A stretch of DNA of 5,794 nt from Paraspadella gotoi (lineage: Eukaryota; Animalia; Chaetognatha). This document shows, piece after piece, positions 1 to 5,794 of the stretch. Each line of letters begins with the position of its first letter. Position 1 is the first letter of the stretch. The notes under the pieces are model-generated. The model was not told the DNA's origin, did no database searches, and saw only the letters and a list, made by a program, of their open reading frames with translations. A program made the position numbers and the translations under genes. The stretch spans positions 1 to 5,794 of the forward strand of contig JBJCIZ010000686.1 in the NCBI GenBank assembly GCA_051294375.1. Reading direction: 5' to 3'.

Positions 1-82
1 AAATGATCAAAATGTAAATAGTTTATACTACTAAAAAAAATAAAACGAATATCTATATGTTAGAAGTAATTAAAAGATTTTC

Positions 83-2548
83 TCATGGTAGGTTGAGAAG
101 GTGTCGAAGTACGGAATTATAGTTTGGTTTATTTGTACAATTTATTGTTTTGTATGAGAAGTCTCTTTGCGATGCCCTTGGAAATCGCTCTGGCGCCGTA
201 ATCTCGTCGCCGTCTGGGTGCATAGCAGCGTTGGCGCCTGGGTGACAACAGGCGTCCGAGTTCTTGGCTCGTGGAAATGGACGAAGGCCCGATCGACGGC
301 GTTGTCGCGGGGTTGGCGGTGGGCGTGGCTGACGCGAAGGTGGCGTCGGATTGACGCTAGGCGATGGAAGGGGTGCGCTAAAAGGGAGAGTTGGCGCTGA
401 ATCGATAGGAATATTTGTCGCCGCGGTGGCGTCTTTTTGCCGACTGGAAGTGGGCGCTGGCGCCGCTGGAATTTGCGCTGCCTCTGGCGGAACGGTGGGA
501 ATATGGAGATGCTCCATGTCGTCGTCCCTATCGTCGTCGTTGGCGACGATTATTTCTGGGCTTTGAATTGGCGGCGTTGTTGTTGTTCTTTGACGACGAA
601 TCTCTGAACGCGTCTGACGTGTAGTTGGCGCCGGAAATCGCGTCCGCGGGCCCGGTCGACGTCCTGGAGGCGGTGGTGAAGGGGGAGGAGGAGATTGTGT
701 TGAAGTTTCCTCATCGTTTCCGTCCCTCCAGATAGTTGCGGGCTTGATTCGCGAGATTGCTATCGTCTCTACTCCACGACCAGGAATTTCGACTCTAAAA
801 TTGAGATTGTCCCTCGCTATGACGCGATAAGGGCCTTGGTAGGGAGCTGTGAGCGGAGGTTTGACGCCAGATCTTTGAATAAAAACGTGGGTGGCGTCCA
901 CGAGGGAGTCAGGAAGATGAATTCTCGGTTGGCGATGCGTGGAGGTCTCCACAGGCTGCAGCCGTTCAACCTCGACCCTGAGGTTATCTCGGAGGCGGCG
1001 TCGATGATCTTGCAGTTCCTCGTCGCCTGGAGATTGTCCTGAGAGATCGCCTGGGACTGTGAGGCCTTCGCCGAAAACTAGATCCGCTGGGGATGCGCCA
1101 ATGTCGGCCTTGACTGTGGTGCGGATGGCGAGTAATGCCGAGGGGAGTCTCCAGAACCATTGGTGAGGCTGCTCATTTCCCAGGGCGATTAAGGCTTCCT
1201 TAAGCCTCCGGTGGAAGCGCTCCACCAAGCCATTCGCTTGAGGATGGTAAGCTGCTGTTTGGTGGTGAGCTATTCCCCACGTTTGAGCCAGTTGGGTCCA
1301 GATTGACGATGAGAATTGCGCTCCTCTGTCGGTTGTGATGTCTGTTGGAATTCCAAAGGTCGCGATCCAGCCATGAACCAACGTGTCCACGACCGTCGCT
1401 GCCGTCATATTTTTCATTGGCAGAGCTGCTGGCCAGCGGGTGAACCTGTCAACTACAGTCAGTAGATAACTGTATTCGTTTGACACAGGCATTATCGTTA
1501 TGTCAACATTAATGTGTTGGAAGCGCCGCGGCGGGACCTTAAATTCGCCGATGTCCGGTACTACATGGCGGGTTACCTTCGCCTGCTGACAAGATATACA
1601 CTCTCTTGCCCAACGGCTTGCGTCGGCTTTGATCGATGGCCACACAAACTTTGAAGTTAAAGTTTCTCTGGTGCGGGCTATGCCAGGATGGCCAAGGCCG
1701 TGGACGGCGTCGAAAACTCTTCTGCGCCACGCTTGTGGAACAAAAGGTCTGGCAGGGCCATTTGAGACGTCGACGAGGAGCTGTTGATTACCGACTGTAA
1801 CTTTTCGAAAGCTGAGTCCCGTCCTGGCATCGTTGGAGAGGGTTTGGAAATCCTTGTCCATAGCTTGATGTCTGGCCATCTCTTCGAGATTTATCCCCTC
1901 TTGGCCGATCGCGTTGATCGTGGCTCTAAGGTCCTCTGTTTTCTCAGGAGCGATGGGACGGTCCACCAGAGCGATAGCAGCATTGTCAAGACAGCCGGAG
2001 GTGTCCACGAGGGCATTGACGGGTTTGTTGATGGGAATGTCTGCAGAGGCGATGATTGGCGGTGGGCTCGGCCTCGAAAGGGCATCAGCTACCACGTTAG
2101 CTTTGCCACGGACATGGCGTATGTCCGTGGTAAATTCTGAGATGACGGACAGCTGGAAGTTGTGCCTCGTCGTTTGAGGCTCTGCCCGTTTGTGAAGAGC
2201 GTGGATGAGGGACTGGTGGTCAGTGTAGAGGGTAAAAGCCCTTCCCTCAATCCAGTGTCTGAAATGTCTTACTGCACGGAAAGCTCCGTACAGCTCCCTA
2301 TCGAAGGGAGGCCAACGGCGTTGAGCTTCGTCAAGCTTAGCCGAGAAAAAGGCTAAGGGTTCCCATCCTTGATCAGTACGTTGCTCCAAAACTGCGCCAA
2401 CAGCGTAGTCAGAGGCGTCGGTTGTGACGGCCAACTGAGCGTTCGATCTGGGATGCCGGAGTAAAGCTGCGTTGGCGAGGGCGTCTTTTACGGCTTCGAA
2501 GGCCGTGGCGCACTTGGGGGTCCATGTCAACTGCTTTGGCTTGCCCAT
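83..2548 (-). CDS. pol: pol 3' part: RT connection, RNase H, integrase (HHCC, DD35E, GPY/F) and Pro-rich tail. The ATG at 2548 is probably not a real start.
   Basis: RNase H motifs TTDASDYAVGAVL, DRELYG, YTDHQSL, NVVADALSR. Integrase H283/H287/C317/C320 and D349/D407/E443 (35 residues between the second D and E). GPY motif APYQGPYRV. 821 codons are open. Confidence 0.96.
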   Translation of the reverse strand: MGKPKQLTWTPKCATAFEAVKDALANAALLRHPRSNAQLAVTTDASDYAVGAVLEQRTDQGWEPLAFFSAKLDEAQRRWPPFDRELYGAFRAVRHFRHWIEGRAFTLYTDHQSLIHALHKRAEPQTTRHNFQLSVISEFTTDIRHVRGKANVVADALSRPSPPPIIASADIPINKPVNALVDTSGCLDNAAIALVDRPIAPEKTEDLRATINAIGQEGINLEEMARHQAMDKDFQTLSNDARTGLSFRKVTVGNQQLLVDVSNGPARPFVPQAWRRRVFDAVHGLGHPGIARTRETLTSKFVWPSIKADASRWARECISCQQAKVTRHVVPDIGEFKVPPRRFQHINVDITIMPVSNEYSYLLTVVDRFTRWPAALPMKNMTAATVVDTLVHGWIATFGIPTDITTDRGAQFSSSIWTQLAQTWGIAHHQTAAYHPQANGLVERFHRRLKEALIALGNEQPHQWFWRLPSALLAIRTTVKADIGASPADLVFGEGLTVPGDLSGQSPGDEELQDHRRRLRDNLRVEVERLQPVETSTHRQPRIHLPDSLVDATHVFIQRSGVKPPLTAPYQGPYRVIARDNLNFRVEIPGRGVETIAISRIKPATIWRDGNDEETSTQSPPPPSPPPPGRRPGPRTRFPAPTTRQTRSEIRRQRTTTTPPIQSPEIIVANDDDRDDDMEHLHIPTVPPEAAQIPAAPAPTSSRQKDATAATNIPIDSAPTLPFSAPLPSPSVNPTPPSRQPRPPPTPRQRRRSGLRPFPRAKNSDACCHPGANAAMHPDGDEITAPERFPRASQRDFSYKTINCTNKPNYNSVLRHLLNLP

Positions 2549-3350
2549 TCAATAGTGCATCAAGAGGGCGCGGCATGATGAGCGGCATTCGGGAGAAAAA
2601 TCGGCGGTAATAATTTACCATTCCTAAGAACCGCTGAAGCTCCTTGATGGTTGTTGGTGGATTTTGTGGCTTAATGGCCTCCACCTTCTGAGGAGTGCTT
2701 GACGCCGGTTGCGTCAACCATGTACCCCAAGAATTCAAGGATTCCTTGCCAAGGACGCACTTTTGCCTGTTCACAACCAGGCCATTGTCTGCCAAGGCAC
2801 TGAAGACCTGCTTCAGGTCGTGGAGTTGCTGCTCCTGATTCTCCTGGGCACCAGAATGTCGTCTAAATAGACGAAGTGTGCGGGATGTCCCCCAGTATCT
2901 CATCCATCATTCGCTGGAAATCTTGACCAGCATTTTTGAGGCCAAAGGGGTTCTGAGGAACACGTAGAGTCCAAATGGGGTGATGACTGCAGTCTTCTAC
3001 CATCCTCGTCGGCAACCGGGATCTTGGTTGGTACCCTTTAAGAGGTCTACCTTCGAAAAGATCTTTTTCCCAGCTAGCTCCGCATTAAAGTCAGTCAGGC
3101 TTGACGGGATAACGGTCGTCCTTGGTTTTTGCATTTACCGGCGGAATCACCACAGACTCGCCATCCACCATCAGCTTTGGGCACGGTGAGGATCGGCGAA
3201 GACCAGAGCTCTTTGGCCCGCTTGGCATGCCGAGTGACACCATCTTTTCTAATTCGGCTTTGGCGACGGCCAACTTCTCTGGCGGAAGGCGTCTAGCTCT
3301 GGCCTGACAAGGGCGTCAAACTAGGGATGTGGTGGCGGACGCCATGCTTG
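2549..3350 (-). pseudogene. pol: pol: reverse transcriptase, frame-disrupted as given
   Basis: Read by hand across frames: KHGVRHHIP, ARARRLPPEKLAVAKAELEKM, GGWRVCGD, KTKDDRYPV, KIFSKVDL, KTAVITPFGLYVF, PFGLKNAG, FQRMMDEILGDIP, FVYLDDILV (YLDD at 2858-2869), PTTIKELQRFLGMVNYYRRF. Confidence 0.93.
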
Positions 3351-3499
3351 GGCTCCTTCAATTCGAAGGTCGGCGTCGAGAGTGTTGGAAATCATCAAGG
3401 AGCTTTGTAATAAACGTCCTCCGCCTGCAGACAAAAATTGATGTGAGTGGGAGCGGGTGCCGCGAGAAACTGCGCACGGGATGGTGTAAAATCCTTCAG

Positions 3500-3867
3500 A
3501 TCGAGAAGTGTTCCATCCGCGGTGATTGGGGGCTAGAAATACTCCGCCGGAAATCCTCGCCCAGAATATTCTGGGTGACGTCTGCAATCAAAACGTCGAA
3601 AGGGAAAATCCGTGGTCCTAAGGTGATCGCTTGTGGGTACTCCCATAACAGGCAATCGGGCTTCCATTTGCCGCCTGTAACTGGGCGCCTGTGGGCCAGC
3701 TGCTTTCGTTGTTGGAGTTGGGGGCACAAGTGAAGGAGGGCGCCGCCATCAACGACCCAATGGCGTCCGGTCGCTGGCGTCGACGACGTGAAGGAGATGG
3801 ATGCCGTCTGGGAGTTTATTTGTGCGGGTACAGCGTTCACCGTCGCTGCCCCGCTTGGCCATTTCCC
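3500..3867 (-). pseudogene. pol: pol: retropepsin-like aspartic protease, frame-disrupted as given
   Basis: Motifs occur in the expected order but in different frames: HLLHVVDA, GRHWVVDGGALL (Asp motif 3742-3750), LVPPTP, GAQLQAANGSPIACYG, FDVLIADVTQNILGEDF (typical C-terminal ILG-DF motif). Confidence 0.85.
3824..3867 (-). promoter_or_regulatory. Candidate gag-pol -1 programmed ribosomal frameshift signal
   Basis: G GGA AAT heptamer in gag phase (3867-3861), 6-nt spacer GGCCAA, then the hairpin GCGGG-GCAGCG/ACGGTGAA/CGCTGT-A-CCCGC. The -1 frame is open through the gag stop. Confidence 0.75.
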
Positions 3868-4922
3868 GCCTTGAAATCCTTCTTTTTGGCGCAACCCTTC
3901 TCGCATCGATAGGCTGCATCCCCGAATTTGAGATGAAATCTGCAAATCTGCTTCAGATTTCCGCTATTTGCACGAGCGGCGCCGTGAGGTGCGCCTGATG
4001 AAGCGTTGGAGCCAGCTAACGGCCCGCTACGAGCGCTGTTTCGCCAATTGGGCTTTGAACAACTTCGGTCTTTTCGAAAACCCTGGACGGCGTTGACGTC
4101 GGCGTCGTCGGCGCTGTCAAGGTCTGAAGAGTCGTCGACGGCGTTGTTGACGGCGGCGTTGATCGAGGGCGTCTGCGCGGACAATATTGGGCGTCCTTCT
4201 TGATTGAAGAACTTGTCAGCGGCCTCGGCGAGCTGTGCCGCCGTCCAACTGTCAATCTTATCTTCCAAGGAGCGGCGGATCTCAATGGGGAGGCTCCTGA
4301 CGATCGTTTCCTTGCGGATGTCGTCCATTGTGGCATCCTTGGTTTTTTCTACAAGTCGCGCTAGCTGCTGAGACGGGCGTAAGCCGTCGCGACCAAATCC
4401 ATCGAGTATCAGTGACGCCTGTTGACGAGGTGTGGAACCATACTCCTTCCTGAGGTAGTCAATGAACTCCCTCCAGCTGGTCTCTGACTGATCCCCATAA
4501 AGATAGGCGTTGATCCGTGGATTCGTGTCGACGCTAATCTTCGACTCTAAGTGCGCAAACTTTTCTTTTGCGTCGCGGATGTTGGCACGAACGTATGCTG
4601 CCTCGACGCGTCTAACCCAAATATCGATGTTTTTGACGTCGAAAGCTGGCAGCTCGGGCTTTTTCTTTTTCTCAAGTGCCCTCAGCGCCGCTGAAAGTGC
4701 TGCGCGCAGGTTCTCCGTCTCGTTGGCGGCGACGGCCATCTCGCTGGCGGCGTCGAAACTATCGGGCCGACTCTGAGACGGGAAATCGAACGTGGGTGCC
4801 GCTGCTGCGCCGCCGGGTGCGCTGGGAGAGTTTTCTCGAGAGGCGCGGCCTCTGCCAGGGACGTTGAGGGCGTTCTGAAGGCGTAGACGGGCGTTTTGGC
4901 GAGTATCCCTCGGCTCGGTCAT
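3837..4922 (-). CDS. gag: Gag polyprotein (361 aa) with C-terminal CHCC nucleocapsid zinc knuckle
   Basis: Open ORF starting about 50 nt after the PBS. It has a capsid-like block (PELPAFDVKNIDIWVRRVEAAY...GLRPSQQLARL) and CRFHLKFGDAAYRCEKGC at 3891-3944, and lies directly upstream of the protease. Confidence 0.92.
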   Translation of the reverse strand: MTEPRDTRQNARLRLQNALNVPGRGRASRENSPSAPGGAAAAPTFDFPSQSRPDSFDAASEMAVAANETENLRAALSAALRALEKKKKPELPAFDVKNIDIWVRRVEAAYVRANIRDAKEKFAHLESKISVDTNPRINAYLYGDQSETSWREFIDYLRKEYGSTPRQQASLILDGFGRDGLRPSQQLARLVEKTKDATMDDIRKETIVRSLPIEIRRSLEDKIDSWTAAQLAEAADKFFNQEGRPILSAQTPSINAAVNNAVDDSSDLDSADDADVNAVQGFRKDRSCSKPNWRNSARSGPLAGSNASSGAPHGAARANSGNLKQICRFHLKFGDAAYRCEKGCAKKKDFKAGNGQAGQRR

Positions 4923-4969
4923 GGATAGTTAATAGCTTGGGCCGGTTCAGAAGGTTGGAATTTGTTTGG

Positions 4970-4983
4970 CGTCGTGGTCACCA
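4970..4983 (-). promoter_or_regulatory. Primer binding site, tRNA-Trp type
   Basis: Minus strand reads TGGTGACCACGACG, 1 nt after ..CTACA. This matches 13 of 14 bases of TGGTGACCCCGACG, the complement of the animal tRNA-Trp 3' end as recalled. Confidence 0.88.
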
Positions 4984-4984
4984 A

Positions 4985-5045
4985 TGTAGATGGCGTGAAA
5001 TAGAGTCACATTGACGCGAGTTGGACGCGGATACGCGCCATCCCA
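4985..5045 (-). repeat. 3' (U5) end of the 5' LTR. Inner boundary at 4985, outer boundary unknown.
   Basis: Minus strand ...CGCCATCTACA|T|TGG(PBS) is a canonical CA terminus next to the PBS. There is no second LTR in the window to define its length, so 5045 only marks where GC content drops. Confidence 0.65.
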
Positions 5046-5683
5046 ACTTTAGATCGAGATTTTAAGAATAGTTATTGTTATTGCTTGTTTCTGCGGGTTG
5101 GCCAATACAAATCAATCAGTTAAACCAACTTGCTTGGTTAATCATTAAAACCCATTAATAAATAATACAATCAAGCTTATAGATATCTTCCCATGGCTAA
5201 TTAGCTCATGTAATATCCATATGTAAAACAATCAATCAAATAGAAAACAATTAATTAATTTAATCAATTTAACGATATTAACAAAACATCATAAAATAAT
5301 TAAAGTTAATAACGAGCTTCGTTCTCAATTTAAATTTAATTTCCCTTTGTAAGTTTTCCTAGAAACAAATGGAAGTGGTGATGAATCAGCAGATGGAATA
5401 AATAGAACAAATTCAGACTGACTTTATTTATTGGTTGTTCCTGGTCTTTACTTATAATCCAAAAGCCTTAATGTTGTAGAAGCATTAACTATCAAATATT
5501 TCTGAGTTTAATATCAACTTGCCACTTGTACCAGTGGCGACTCTGGCTGGTCGCCTTCTTGTCCCGGAAATCTGGGGGCAAGCCTTACTATGAAGCGTAC
5601 TCATTCATCGATGTGCTAAAATTGGGTCAGGACAGTTATTAAATACTCGTTTTGTTTCTCGTTTTTATCAAAACAAATACAAA

Positions 5684-5772
5684 ATTTCTTCTTTTTTATT
5701 TGTGTCCCTTTTCTCTCTCTTTTCTCTTTTATATACATGTATAGCTCTTCTTAATCTCTCTCTCTTTTCCCC
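5684..5772 (+). repeat. Low-complexity pyrimidine / (CT)n-rich tract
   Basis: tttcttcttttttatt, ttttctctctctttttctctttt and tctctctctcttttcccc are directly visible. Confidence 0.7.
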
Positions 5773-5794
5773 AGTGCTGATTCTTCCAAACAAA

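Larger units (their letters stand above)
83..5045 (-). mobile_element. Ty3/Gypsy LTR retrotransposon, CsRn1/Kabuki/Boudicca-like lineage (both outer ends unresolved)
   Basis: Domain order is gag-PR-RT-RH-IN, with integrase last as in Gypsy rather than Copia. Gag has C-x2-H-x9-C-x3-C. PBS TGGTGACC.. follows an LTR-like ..TACA end. The body is GC-rich against AT-rich flanks. The lineage is assigned from motifs, not from a phylogeny. Confidence 0.95.

Noticed and set aside
1-736. env gene, chromodomain or polypurine tract downstream of integrase
   Set aside because: No signal-peptide, transmembrane or chromodomain pattern is seen in the tail. Positions 1-82 are AT-rich with no minus-strand purine run followed by TG. 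Anything further lies outside the window.
2549-3350. Prokaryotic RT system (retron, DGR, group II intron, CRISPR-associated RT)
   Set aside because: The RT motifs and the linkage to gag, protease, RNase H and DDE integrase are those of an LTR retrotransposon. No repeat-spacer array or template/variable repeat pair is visible.
2409-3945. Minus-strand ORFs 2409-2903, 3091-3273, 3321-3587, 3496-3945 and 3533-3727 as separate genes
   Set aside because: They are either frame fragments of the single disrupted pol, carrying only part of the PR/RT motifs, or off-frame by-products of it.
167-4867. Many short plus-strand ORFs (60-134 aa)
   Set aside because: They are antisense shadows of GC-rich gag/pol with no recognisable motifs, and most use non-ATG starts.
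5221-5340. AAT/TTAA-rich quasi-palindromic stretch
   Set aside because: This is ordinary low-complexity AT-rich sequence with no consistent repeat unit.
5355-5421. Possible small plus-strand exon (tttcctag then TNGSGDESADGINRTNSD*)
   Set aside because: It is too short, has no recognisable homology and has no other support.
5695-5735. Minus-strand TATATAAAAG (5726-5735) and AATAAA (5695-5700) as LTR promoter and poly(A) signal
   Set aside because: They lie about 700 nt from the LTR end in low-complexity AT-rich DNA where such words are expected by chance, and LTR membership cannot be shown.

Overview
Most of the window (about 83-5045, minus strand) is one Ty3/Gypsy LTR retrotransposon from a eukaryotic, probably animal, genome. 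In element orientation it contains the end of the 5' LTR (...CTACA), a tRNA-Trp-type primer binding site, an intact gag with a CHCC zinc knuckle, a candidate -1 ribosomal frameshift cassette, and pol in PR-RT-RNase H-integrase order. The CHCC knuckle and Trp PBS point to the CsRn1/Kabuki/Boudicca lineage. PR and RT (about 2550-3810) are broken by many single-base indels, whereas gag (361 aa) and RNase H-integrase (821 aa) are fully open, which looks more like local sequencing or assembly error than decay. The polypurine tract and 3' LTR are not visible, and the outer edge of the 5' LTR cannot be fixed. The rest (about 5046-5794) is AT-rich and apparently non-coding. I see no evidence of a new class of biological system. 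The notable points are element-level: the frameshift signal, a DGG protease motif, recurring [IV]NA boundary motifs, an RH-IN spacer and a long integrase tail.
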